Assembly: GCA_977018835.1 (NCBI GenBank)
Contig: OZ361256.1
Coordinates: 5,394,001 to 5,458,000, forward strand
Source: Minutocellus sp. GHC0000111
Taxonomy: Eukaryota
Direction: 5' to 3'
DNA length: 64,000 bases
The position numbers and the translations under genes were made by a program. Below the pieces are notes generated by a model. It was not told where the DNA came from, ran no database searches, and saw only the letters and a list, made by a program, of their open reading frames with translations. Below, piece after piece: positions 48,168 to 59,598 of the stretch. The stretch's first letter is position 1. Every line of letters begins with the position of its first letter.

Positions 48168-49252
48168 CTATCCTTTCGGCTTCCATTCGATATATTCTCC
48201 ATCGTCTCCTGGCACCATAATCTGCATCTTGTTGATCAAAACCCATTTTTTATGGTCGCCGAGGAAACCATTACCATCGACCTTGCGAATACGCTGCACA
48301 TCAGTATCGAACCCTTCAATGACAGTGCCGAAACAACTATCAGCCTCATGTGGATTGTCCTTTTGTTGTGATCCCGGGCCATGATTCTTCACGTTGTTCA
48401 TCAAACTAACATACCAAGCAGGACCACTGGACGTCCAGCATAGCCCACCGTGCCCTTTTTGTGCGGGTATTCCGGACTATACTCTTGGAATGCCAAATGT
48501 TGAACTCCTGGGGCTCTAACCTGGACTTGCAGAACATGATTGGCAATGCGATGGACGCCTCCACCTTGATATAGCCTAGCAACTTCCATGTATGTGAAGA
48601 TGCTGTGCGGTTGGAGTTCACTGGGGGCCATCTCGATGAGGATATGGCCATCTTTCCCACCGTCTTTCTCAAAATCGGGAATGGATGGCTGAAATTCCAA
48701 ATCAATGCGAACCCGATACGGCTCCTTAGGTCCATATCTTGCCTTCAAGAGCTTACGAGTTGCGTCCTGCAAACGCTTGGACGCATCGACTCCCTTGGGA
48801 TCGGTCTCCATGAAATGACCCACAGGCAACGATGCCTTGATTTGTCTGACTTCAGCATCCAACCGTTCGACCTCTTGAACAAGGGCCTCCTCTGAGGCTT
48901 TGTCATCGATAATATTGCTGTTTGTGGCACTCTTTTCCTGTTCCTGTGCCTTCGGTGCCCCTTCCGCCTTGGTAATCTTAGACTCTTCGGCAGCAGCATC
49001 ATTGGTGACCGAACGTCTCAATTTGTCACCTCCTCCATCGCCGCCGCCACCGTGAAGCCACTTATCAGCCGCTGCACCCACGTCATGCTCGACCTGTTGG
49101 AGAAGAGCCTGGTCGTCGTGCGGATGAAGGACGAAATGGATCAAAATGAAGGCAATAAGTCCCAGGGCAACGTAGCCACCCATCCGGAGGAAAAATTTCT
49201 CCTCCTGGCGCTTCACTTTTTCGTACTTGTCCTCAGGTGGTAGCTTGCCCAT
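48168..49252 (-). CDS. Type II membrane protein with cyclophilin-like domain; 1-nt frameshift at ~48430
   Basis: TM helix GGYVALGLIAFILIHFVL; IEMAP..PHSIFTY; LAFQEYSPEYPHKKGTVGYAGRP. Adding one base restores GRPSGPAWYVSLMNNVKNHGPG..ADSCFGTVIEG. Confidence 0.72.
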
Positions 49253-49544
49253 CTTTGTCGAGACCAATAAAAATAAACTGGAAACAAGCGACGGAACAGT
49301 GATGGTCCGCCAGGAGGGTGGCTGGGATGAAGATACCGGTAGCTACAAGTACCGATAAGTGGCAAATAGCGAGAGCAAACGGCAATGACGAACCGTCGCA
49401 TCAGCGGGTCGGCCGAAATCGGTATAAATATGATGATAAAATGACGTCACGGAAAAGATTTTTGTTTTGCTTTCCGCCATCGCCGCCGCGCGCCAGGGGC
49501 CGCCGCAGGACCGAAGCAGCAGCCTCACATTTTCTACTAGTTTT

Positions 49545-51293
49545 CTATTTTATCCGATGCTCTCCGCGAGGGTCAAAGAGATCATCCATCACAGCTTCTC
49601 CTTTTTCTCTATTTCTGAGCTTCCGACATGGTTTCATGTCACAATCGACCACTTTTACATTGTAGAAATATTTTGCAATGGCACTGCTGCCGCCTCCGTG
49701 AGATATCGCCAAGCAACCCGGCGAGTCTTCTGTTTGACTGTATGTGCCGGAACTACTTGCATTCGAGCTCCTTTCCGCGCTCTGGATCGATGTAGTGATG
49801 GGCGTCGGTACAGGGCTCAGAGTTACAAAGAAGCTCAGGTCGCACATGGATAATGAAAGAAGCCAAGTGGCAAGCAATTGGACAGATTCCTCTTTATTCA
49901 GGTGCCCGACTAGCTCTGATGTTTCCCTATACGCTTTGTCCAGCAGGCTTTCATCATCAATGACCTTCTTTTTCTTCTCTCTTACGTGGATATTTTGCAC
50001 CTCTTCTTGAAAGGATGCAATTCTATCACAAAGAGCACTGAGTCCGTTTCTATTCTCATCTTTCATTATATCATCAATTGTTTGAATTCTCCCTTGATAT
50101 TGGTCAACCAAGGTCTCAGCTCTGTCTAAATCCCCGTCGCAAAGCTGGACTAAATGATTCCATATCAGCGTTGCCCCGTCTGTATCAATAAAATCAAGCG
50201 TCTGACCAGCATAAAGTCGTGAGAGCAGCGGTTCCTTGACCAAAATTTCCGAAACTGTATGAACAATAGCGCCTTGGAGGTCAATAATGCCAGCCATTTG
50301 AGGGAAGATATCCCTCAATATAGAGTTTGGCCGAGAACTGCTCGTATTTGGAACCTCGTGGCCAATCACAATTTTTCCATCATGCCACACTCGCATGTTA
50401 TTCTGCGGATGCTCGAGAAGACATCGAAGAGCACGTTGGATACGATTCTTGTCCGAAGAGAAGAGGTCCAGTGGATTGTAAGAACTTACCACGGCTTCTC
50501 TTTCACCATCATCTCTTCTTAATGATCCCCAGCCCTTCTTGAGGTGTCCCTTTGCCATTAGCCGCTGATGAATCCAATATTTCGTTTGCACAAACTTGAT
50601 TCTTCGTTTGGGATCAATCAGAGGCGAACAAGATATGTACCCTGCTTTGGGCTTTATCTCGACTGACAAGAAGTTTTCTTTTGTCAAAGGATACGCTGCT
50701 GGTGTTGGTGGTGGATACGCTGAACATGCTGCTGGAATCGAAATCTTTGTATAATCAGACAATGATTTCGCCTCGATCCTATCATTGCTTTTGTCGTGAA
50801 AGAGTGTTTGGTCGCCGTTCGAACAAGCGATCGTATTTACTTCTTCATTTTTGCTACAATCCCAATCATTTGCTCTATTCTCGGCAATTCTACCTGATAT
50901 CACGGCGACTCTCCACAGATAAGCAGCGAATTCATTGCTAATTGTTGCCCGCTGAGGAATATCCACATATTGTGGGCCTAGCAGGGGTCGAACGACCTTC
51001 AAGATGCAGCGTAGGTTGGGATCTTCAAATGATGCTTCGGACGTCGGCATGATTAAAGGAAACTGTTCACACTCTTGCCGGTCAGAAGGTGATGAAGAGC
51101 AGTCTGATACGACTTTGCCACGAACAATGTCCGATTTGGCAACCCGAAGAATCTTGTTTCGGTAGAGATCAGTTGATGAGTTGTTGGCGGCAGCAACAGT
51201 AGCGTCAACTGACTTCTGAAAGGCGTAGCAGGCGTTTTGCCCTCCTTCTGCCACAAAGTTCCATCCTCCCGCCTTGGGGTTGCCAGCGTTCAT
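49545..51293 (-). CDS. IPK1: Inositol-pentakisphosphate 2-kinase
   Basis: AEGGQN, VEIKPKAG, YNPLDLFS, PQNNMRV, LLSLSMCDLSFFV and VVDCDMKP correspond to the conserved IPK1 boxes. Confidence 0.88.
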   Translation of the reverse strand: MNAGNPKAGGWNFVAEGGQNACYAFQKSVDATVAAANNSSTDLYRNKILRVAKSDIVRGKVVSDCSSSPSDRQECEQFPLIMPTSEASFEDPNLRCILKVVRPLLGPQYVDIPQRATISNEFAAYLWRVAVISGRIAENRANDWDCSKNEEVNTIACSNGDQTLFHDKSNDRIEAKSLSDYTKISIPAACSAYPPPTPAAYPLTKENFLSVEIKPKAGYISCSPLIDPKRRIKFVQTKYWIHQRLMAKGHLKKGWGSLRRDDGEREAVVSSYNPLDLFSSDKNRIQRALRCLLEHPQNNMRVWHDGKIVIGHEVPNTSSSRPNSILRDIFPQMAGIIDLQGAIVHTVSEILVKEPLLSRLYAGQTLDFIDTDGATLIWNHLVQLCDGDLDRAETLVDQYQGRIQTIDDIMKDENRNGLSALCDRIASFQEEVQNIHVREKKKKVIDDESLLDKAYRETSELVGHLNKEESVQLLATWLLSLSMCDLSFFVTLSPVPTPITTSIQSAERSSNASSSGTYSQTEDSPGCLAISHGGGSSAIAKYFYNVKVVDCDMKPCRKLRNREKGEAVMDDLFDPRGEHRIK

Positions 51294-51742
51294 GACATCA
51301 ATATCTCTGCTTCATCTGGAATCCTCGCCACACTCAACACTCGTATGAAAGGATGGCGCATGCGCTATTATCGAAATAAAAGGATGGCGTATGCGCTATT
51401 ATCGAATTACGACGCTCGAACGTCGAAACGCCTGCGTGCTTGGCGCGCGCGTTGTTGGCGCGGCGTGGCCTTGCCGTCGTCCGTGTCTGTCCGTCGGTCA
51501 GTTTTGGCCCGTTTGGCCCTTCCTTCAAGGGGTAAGCAGGGCTGCTCAGTGCAAGTGGAATGTAGACTACCAGTATCGGTAAACATGAATAGAGAAACTA
51601 ATTTTACTGTATGGATTCACATAAAGAAAATATGAGCTTGGGAAGTAGGCATTCCTAAGTGCGGCGTGGCCGGGCTGGTATCATCGTCGTGTTGTCGTCC
51701 GTCGTCCACTGATGGTTCGTTGTCCACGGTAATCTTTCATTC

Positions 51743-53582
51743 TCACTGCGCTCCAGACCTTGTCCGATATCCGCCAGCATCATCGTTGCCTCCGGCCTGG
51801 TGAGAGCCTTGGACAGAGCTGTGGTGCTGACTATCGGCTCCGTGATACGGCTGGCGCTGTCCTCCTCCGCCTTGATAGTCTTCCGATCGCCTCTTGGCGC
51901 TGGGATCGCGATCCCGCCCACCTCGCGAGCCGGACCTTTGACTGCCGGCCGCCTTGTGGTAGGACTGGCTGTGCGATTGATGGTCCTGCACGCCGCTGTG
52001 GCGGCTGCGGTGCTCCGAGGCGTGGACTGGTTGCTGCGGGTGACTGCGGCCGGACCGGTGATCGTCCAGAGCACGCTGCTGCTGGGCGGCAGCGCCTCCC
52101 TCCGGGCCGGGCTGGGTGGGCGGGAGGACGGGTCGCTCCGGCGGCAGGCGAGCCTTTTCCTGCTGCAGGTTGAGAACCGTCCAGTCAAACATGTTGTCGT
52201 ACTGGAAGCCCTTGCGGTAGAAGAGCTCTTTGAAGAGACGCTTGAGGTAGGCGTAATCAGGACGGTCCTCGAAGCGAAGGGAGCGGCAGTATTCAAAGTA
52301 GGAGCGGAATTCGGTCGGGTAGCCCTTGCACAGCTGCTCGGTAGAGGTCGACATCTTGCGGTCCATGATGCGCTCATATTTCTGCTTCTTGGTGTTGGCC
52401 TTGAGGCCCTGCCAGGGGAGCGAGCCCCGGATGAAGTACATGAGGACGTAGCCGAGAGATTCCAGGTCGTCGCGGCGGCTCTGCTCAATGCCAATGTGAG
52501 TGTTGATCGAGGCATAACGGGCAGTTCCGGTCAGGTTCTTGTTCTCACGGTAGGGGATGTGCTGATGGGAGCGAGGATCGCGATACTTCTTGGCAAGGCC
52601 GAAATCGATAATGTGAATGACCGATTGACGCTTCCCCAATCCAATGAGGAAGTTGTCGGGCTTAACATCTCGATGGATGAAGGACTTTGTATGAACATAC
52701 TCCAACCGGCCGAGGAGCTGATCGGCCAGCATGAGCACCGTCTTGAGCTGAAATCTTCTCCCGCAGTAATTGAATAGATCCTCCAACGACGGACCCAAGA
52801 GGTCCAGTACCATCACATTGTAATCACCCTCAATTCCATACCAGCGAACGTTGGGAATTCCGACTGTGTTGAAGAGGTGTGGGGTGGTAGGGGGGCGGGG
52901 GTAAAAAGAAGAGTGTGCGCATTGGCAGCATGAGTTGAAAACAAACAGATGGAAAAGTGCCAAAATAGTGCCAGGAGAGTTTCGAGAAAGATATCCCGGT
53001 CAAAAGCACCAACGCCTTTCTCCCGGTTGCCATCGACCAGCTTGTCCGCCTTGCAATTGACCCCATAAGCAACTCCGACACCCGACATCTTTCTCCGATG
53101 CGGTCCGACCTTCCACGATTTGTGCGACGCCAAAGGCCGATCATCCCGTTGGAAGATACCCCACAGCTCCGACGTCATCGAGGTCCGGGAGACCACGGGG
53201 GCGAATATTCTGGTACGTTCGGGGCGAAGGTACCCTTGTCGCTTCGTCGTGGGCCGGCCGACCGACCATCGTGTCCGACATGCGGCCCCGCTCCCGCCAT
53301 CTCAACCGGAGCGAGGCGCACCGCCAAAACACAGTCCTCTCCGGCGGTTCCCGTAAAGTTCGTCGCCGCACACTCAACAAATAATAAAAACTCACGTCCA
53401 CCGTGCAAGATGCGGTAGATCTTGCTCTCGTACAGGAGCTGGGGGTGCTTGGTCTTGACGGACTCGAGCTTGATGGCCACCTCCTCCCCGGTCGTCATGT
53501 TGGTGCCGAGGTAGATGTCACCGAAGGAGCCGGAGCCGATCTTGCGGCCCAGCCGGTACTTCTTCCCGACTCTTAACTCCAT
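51743..53582 (-). CDS. CK1: Casein kinase 1 (delta/epsilon-like), 2 exons (53582-53396, 52863-51743)
   Basis: [50 protein letters not shown] and [10 protein letters not shown]. Intron 53395-52864 (gtgag...acag) joins LHGG-L-GIPN. Confidence 0.98.
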
Positions 53583-54069
53583 GTTCTCGGGATCGGTAAT
53601 GCAGGGGGGTGGTTGGTGGTGGTGGATGCCGGTAGCAGGCGATCAAGAGACGCTTCTCGGTCTTGTTGAGTAGTTATGACCGTGAAGAGTTTCGAAGTTG
53701 CGCCGGCCGGCCGCGGGAGTTGGCCGCGCGTTGCGTTGGAGAAAATACGTACTACGTAGCTTGAGTACGTACGGCTGAGCATCTTGCCGAACGCAACACA
53801 CCAACCAACATTTCGTCTCCGCCCTCCCAGCATGTTCGTCTCAGCCCTCCGGATATCACGACGCAATCACCTGGTAAGGAAATTCTCTGTTGACATATTG
53901 TCTTTTTGTGCCATCGGTGCGAGCCGACTGTCTCCTCTCTCGTTTACGTGTACCATCATCCTTGTGACTCAATGCACTGCTCTTGCCATCATTCACCTGC
54001 CCTCCACAAAATAACGCATGCACTCTCTGATCATGAATTGAATCTGAACAAACTCTGCTGATTTCCAAT

Positions 54070-54342
54070 ATGATGCGCCCTTTTCTTGGACTTGGGAAAA
54101 AGTCGGCGATTGCAAGGCAACTGTCGGCGGACGCCAAGCCGGCGGCGGCTGCACCGGCACCGGCCAAGCGAGGTGGTGCGGGTTTGTTCCAGCGCCTTTC
54201 GTCCTTCCTGGTCGGTGCCGGAGTTACGGCCCTCGGAACTCAGTATCTTATTTTTCACGAGCTCCACGAAGGGAACAAGACGATGCTGAGCCGGCAGCAG
54301 GCCTTGGAGGCAAGAGTGGCAGCGTTGGAGAAGAAAAAATAA
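54070..54342 (+). CDS. Small putative mitochondrial membrane protein (presequence, one TM helix, coiled coil)
   Basis: MMRPFLGLGKKSAIARQLS presequence-like start, FLVGAGVTALGTQYLIF helix and ALEARVAALEKKK tail. Confidence 0.7.
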   Translation: MMRPFLGLGKKSAIARQLSADAKPAAAAPAPAKRGGAGLFQRLSSFLVGAGVTALGTQYLIFHELHEGNKTMLSRQQALEARVAALEKKK

Positions 54343-55030
54343 GCGGACTCATGTGCGGTGCAGTTGTAATGAATGCAAGTGTGGGGCGGGATGAACATGA
54401 CAATGGCATGATATCATGGATGGTGCAGAGTAACTAGAAGACGAAAGGAGGAGGCCATGAGAGGGATACTTACAAAAGCGATCCTTTGCGTGGTCAAAAT
54501 GTCTGTCTGGAATTCAGCTTTTTGTGGATGATTGCACTTACCGGTATGTTGGTATGTTGTTGTGAAGGCATATACGGTACTTGCATTTGCGCTGGCAGTA
54601 CAGTGCACTAGTAGCAGTCAGTCCGCTTCGAAATGGACAGGGATCTTTTCGTTCATGTTTTCAGACATTAAGATGTATTTTTAATTTGGAAGTGTTGAAT
54701 TTGGACTCTTCTTCTTCACATGTGACCGACCCTTTTTTTTGGTCTGCAACAACACAAAACACAAAAACAACACAGCAAAAATCTACCGGTATCCTCAGGT
54801 GAATTATCTCAAGTGCCAGCACTGTTATTTTTGTTCCTGATCTTCCAGTACCTAGTCTACTACATGCTACGTTAGGAATTCCTTGGTGTAGGCTACCGTC
54901 TCGGCCTGCCTGGACATTCATTCATCGCGTGGGTCCGACGATATGGGATCCCCCAAAAATAGAGATGTAGAGGGGGAGGGGAAAAAGGGAAAGACTCGGG
55001 GTAAAAAGGGAGCACGCAGGGCGGGGTCAC

Positions 55031-58000
55031 ATGACCGTCTGCAGGCATGGCCATTTGTCTGCCGCTCCAAGGCGGGAAGACAAGCGCAGCACATATCCTT
55101 CTCTATTTGCCCAACCCCCCCAATACCAAGTTGGTGGAGGAGCCATGATTACTCCCTCGCGGAGACGGAGGCGCAGCGAAGCTGGCGTATCCTTAGCGAT
55201 CAATTGCGGCAAAAATAATGATGCGTATCCGTCTGGGCTTGGTCATTTTGGTTCCGGGAGCGTGATGAGAAGGTACTCCACACTCCAGCCGGCTGGCAAT
55301 GTTGCCAAGCACAGTTGCGCGAACAAGTCCACTTCTATTTCTATGCTGGGTGGTCGGATCGCCACCCCCCGCCGTCACGTGGTGACTGCATCGTATGTCA
55401 TGTTCTGTTGCTCTCTCCTCTTCTTGAGTGGCGGCCTAGGCCTACCCTCGGGCGCAAGCCTGGCCCACCGACTGCTGGAGGTGGTGCTGGAGGAGGTTCG
55501 ATTTACGGGAGCAAGGATTGCCACGACGGAACCAGTCCTGAAGGATAGCGAAGTGCTTCTCTCGACGTTGAAAATTTATGGCACTTTGGCCCTGGTCATG
55601 TTCACGGCATATGCCTTTGTGAGGAAGCGTTTTCCCCTGGCCTACAATGTCCGTGGCAACGCGGGTCCGTACAGCCCTGACGATACCATCGCCTGTTCCA
55701 TGGCATCGACGTACTTCGAGAAATTCACTTCGGTTTCCTGGACGTATGCCATATTTGGCCTGTCGCATGAGGAAATCTATGAATCAGCTGGGTTAGACGC
55801 CGTGTGCGTCGTTCGGTTGCTGGAGTTGGGCTTGAAGCTATCGCTTGTTGGCATGTTGCAGTCCGTGTATCTGTTCCCGATCTATTACTGGATTGGAGAG
55901 CACGTTTACCACCCAGCGACAGCGTCCATTACCGACCCATTGCAGAACATCAGCCTTGCCAACATCCCGCCGGGTCATCATTCGGCCATTGCAACGACTG
56001 TGGCTGCGTACGTCTTCTTCCTGACTGCCATGTATCTGATCCTGAAAGAATTTGAGTGGTTCACCACCTACCGTCATCGCTTCCTTTCCAAGACACGCGC
56101 CGACAACTACACGGTGTACGTCACTGGCATTCCACTTGAGCTGCGAAGCGATGCTGCCGTATCGGCATACTTTCGTGAGTGCTTTGATTCCGACTCTGTC
56201 CTCGAGGCTCATGTGGCTCTGGATATTCCAGCCCTCGAGAAAAAGGTGGCCGAGCGCAATGCTTGCGTGGCGAAGCTGGAGCATGCCATCAACGTGCGCA
56301 ATGTCAAGGGCGGAGGTACTGTCGGCCCAACTCATAAAATTGGTCCGCTGGGTCTTTGGGGTCCCACAATTGATAGTATCGAGGCCTACACCGAAGAGCT
56401 TCGAAAGTTGAATGAGGAGATCACAAAAGCAGTTGAAGCTGTTGAATCGGATCAGAGAGAACGTGATGCAATGGTGCTTAATTCAATTGCCAGTAATCCG
56501 CAGCCCAGCAATACAGATGTTGGTCCCAACGATCTCAGTTTTGATATCGAAACAACTGTCAGCGTGGTGGACTCTGTCACCTCTGGCGGCGAGCTCGAGA
56601 CGCCCAAGAAGGCAACGAAACCCAAGGAAACGTCCACGGCGGATTCGTCCAAGTCCAAGAAGGCAGACGTCAATGTCATGTCAGCACTCACATTCTCTCC
56701 AGCTTCCGAGTCTCGACTGAGACATATGGAGAGCCTTGCAGAATCTGTAACGTCGTCGGCACTTGAATTGATTGCCGGTAAATAGGACGGCACTCCTAGA
56801 AATGCCGCCTTCGTGACCTTCAACAATCTCGCCGCCACCAACAACGCCCTCCAGATGATCGAAGAACGTCCCTTTCTCATGGACGCCAACGAAGCTCCAA
56901 GACCTAACGATATCTACTGGGGAAATATTGGACTGAGTCACGTTAGAAAACAGCTCGGAGCTCTGCTTGGGTTGACCCTTAGTGTCCTCTTGATGCTTTT
57001 CTGGACTGTGCCGGTTGGCCTCGTCGCAACTCTGAGCAATCTGTCTGCTCTTACCGAGGTTTTCCCGACGGTTGGTCACTACATTGAGACTCACCCTTGG
57101 CTTGCCAACCTCTTTGCTCAGCTGGCGCCATTATTCCTCGTCGTGGTTGTGGCAATGCTCCCAATCATTCTCAAAATGATATCGCAGCTCGAAGGTCATC
57201 CAAGCCTCACCGCTGTTGAGGCCAGTCTCTTTGCAAAGCTGAGCTGGTTCACGGTAAGTTGTGATATTTTTGATATCATATCTTGTATTTCCTGCTTACC
57301 TTAATCGTCTCTATTGTATTTCTCTCCATCCTATACGATCGTATTAGATAATCCAAACCTTCTTCGTCTCGGCGATTTCGGGTAGTGTCACCAAGGAGAT
57401 TCAGAACATCCTCGTATCACCAATCCATGCTGTCGATCTACTCGCATTGTCGCTGCCGTCTCAATCAGCATACTTTATGCAGATTATGCTAGTTCAGACC
57501 CTGCTCGGAGGAGTTGGCATTGAGTTGCTCAGGGTGAGCGCTGTGGGCATGGCCGTCATTCGACGATTTTTGGGACCGAACCTCACCGAGAAAGAGCGAT
57601 GTACGACATGGATGGGTCTCCGTACGTTAGCCGACCCCCTGGAGTATCTCTACGCTCGTGAGCTTGGAGCTGAAGTGATCTTGATCTACATGATCCTCTT
57701 CTGCTATGCCGCCATGGCGCCATTAACCTGCTTTGTGGCTGGCTTTTGCTTCATCCTTCTTGGCAGTGTGCTTCGAAACCAATTCCTTTTCATCTACCCC
57801 ACCCGCAACGATAGCGGTGGTAAATTGTGGGTGAACTTTATCCAAATCATTGTTATTTGCATGATAATTGCGCAGGTTGCACTTATCGGTGTCCTCTCCC
57901 TCAAGAAGAATAAGATCGCGGCTCCATTGCTTATCCCTCTCCCCATCATCACCTTGCTCTTCAGCGTCTACCTTGGGCAGAAGCATTACTACGTCACGTC

Positions 58001-58283
58001 GCACCTACCTACCGACCAAGATTTGTGTTCAGATCGATAAGGAGAAGGAGGTCGACGGTAGTACACGGGCCTTTGAGTTTGTGAGAGAAAAATACTTGCA
58101 ACCATCGATGCGCGAGAGAACTTCGTTTCCTGAAAATTTTGACGAAAAGCTCTGTGAGTCGCCTGCCAGGGAAATGATGAGAACAGGTTGGATCGAGTTC
58201 CTAAACCGGACACCTCATCGCAAGGGGAGAGCGGTTGTCCCTCCTTCGAGTACCAAGCCATCAGGATGAATTCGTTTCGTTGA
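55031..58283 (+). pseudogene. OSCA/TMEM63/ERD4 (CSC1) channel with an in-frame TAG and two probable frameshifts
   Basis: AGLDAVCVVR, NYTVYVTGIP, AAFVTF, APRPNDIYWGNI, YAAMAPL and YPTRNDSGGKLW; intron 57254-57347. Lesions: TAG 56783-56785 (IAGK*DGTPRNAAFVTF), 4-nt insertion ~58011-58017, and a shift at ~58150-58175 inferred from the FEYQAIRMNSFR* frame conserved in the remnant copy. Start uncertain. Confidence 0.88.
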
Positions 58284-59598
58284 TGAGAAGCATTTTTGGG
58301 TGTGTACCGTAATATAAAAGACCCAAGTTGACGTCAGTTTTACCAATTGGTAGTTTGTAACTTTCTATCGACTGTGCTTTACTTCTTCTTGACTTCCTGC
58401 TCTACTCGTAGCTATGCAGCTAGCTAGTACAGGCCTAGCTAGCTAGAATACGTCTTGTAGCCAAACGCTGTACGGGTGAGGTAGACGCTAAGCTAAACCT
58501 GATGCTACTAGTATTGTATTGAACCAAGCAGCAAGGGACGACGGGTTGGTTGTTGTTTTGAGATGCGACCTGCAGTATTTTGAGATGCGACCCTGCAGAC
58601 CGTAATACGTCGGTAGTGCGAGTAGATTTGTACTGAGCGCGAAAATTAACGCGTGCAAAGCAAGGCCCAAATCCTAATTTTCGGCCAGTACGAACTCCAA
58701 GAGTCCAGCGCCCGAGAGCGCGAGAGCTCTTGTTCACAACAGACCCAGGTCGATACCGCTATCGTACTCCTCAACCGCAAGTATCTCTCCATCAAGTCCT
58801 TTGACGATCAAAGAAAAGAGTCGTAGGTGAGTTTATCATATTTTTCGTTCGAGGGACCTGCTTGGATAGATGTCGGCACAGCGCACCGCGAGCGTTGAGG
58901 CGCGGGCATTTGGCATAAGTAGGCTAGGCGGATGCTGATTCGAGGTTGTTTCGGGGCAACTGATTCGTTCATTAATCGGTAGTGATCTCCGCAATGGGTG
59001 GTGATATGATGGGCACGTCAACTATTGTCGATCGTGCGTGGGCCATCGTCTTAATGCCAAGCTCATATGACATGCTAGCCCATGCCGCTCGACAAACTCG
59101 CAATGGCGGCGCCCGTCCGTCCGGAGGAGTCCAGCGGCGACGGCGATGCCTGGCGTGCCAGCTTGGTACCATCACCATCGTCCGTTCTGTTCCTACTAGT
59201 CCTTGCCTTGGCAGGACCGGTTCGAGCGCGGCTGGCCCATTCATCATTTGACGTTGCTAGGTTGGGACGATCGATCAGTCCACCCGTACGCCAAAAAATT
59301 CTCGATCGGCTAGGTCGTGCTTGTGTTGTGCTGGATGGGCAAACGGGGGGCAATCTTTTCCTATGCTGGACGGTGGACCGTAACGTTTCACTTTAAGAAT
59401 TACAATCGACCGACTCACATCACTACCGTCTCGCTCGCCGTCCGCACTATAATTTATCCTTCTTTTGGTTTATAGCAAACGAATTCCGATCAGACGAATT
59501 GGTGTCTGGAGCAAATAACAACGTATTTACCGTCCGAACGGTCCATCCCAAGTCATACCAACCAATCGTCTTCATCCTAAATCCTCAAGCAAGCAACT

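Noticed and set aside
52813..52845. Alternative frame reading MELRV, identical to the CK1 N-terminus
   Set aside because: It overlays conserved WYGIEGDY codons and stops after four more residues; treated as coincidence.
56783..56785. Alternative genetic code (TAG reassigned)
   Set aside because: TAG ends many intact genes here (for example 2554, 6034, 9479, 30077), and long conserved genes have no internal TAG.
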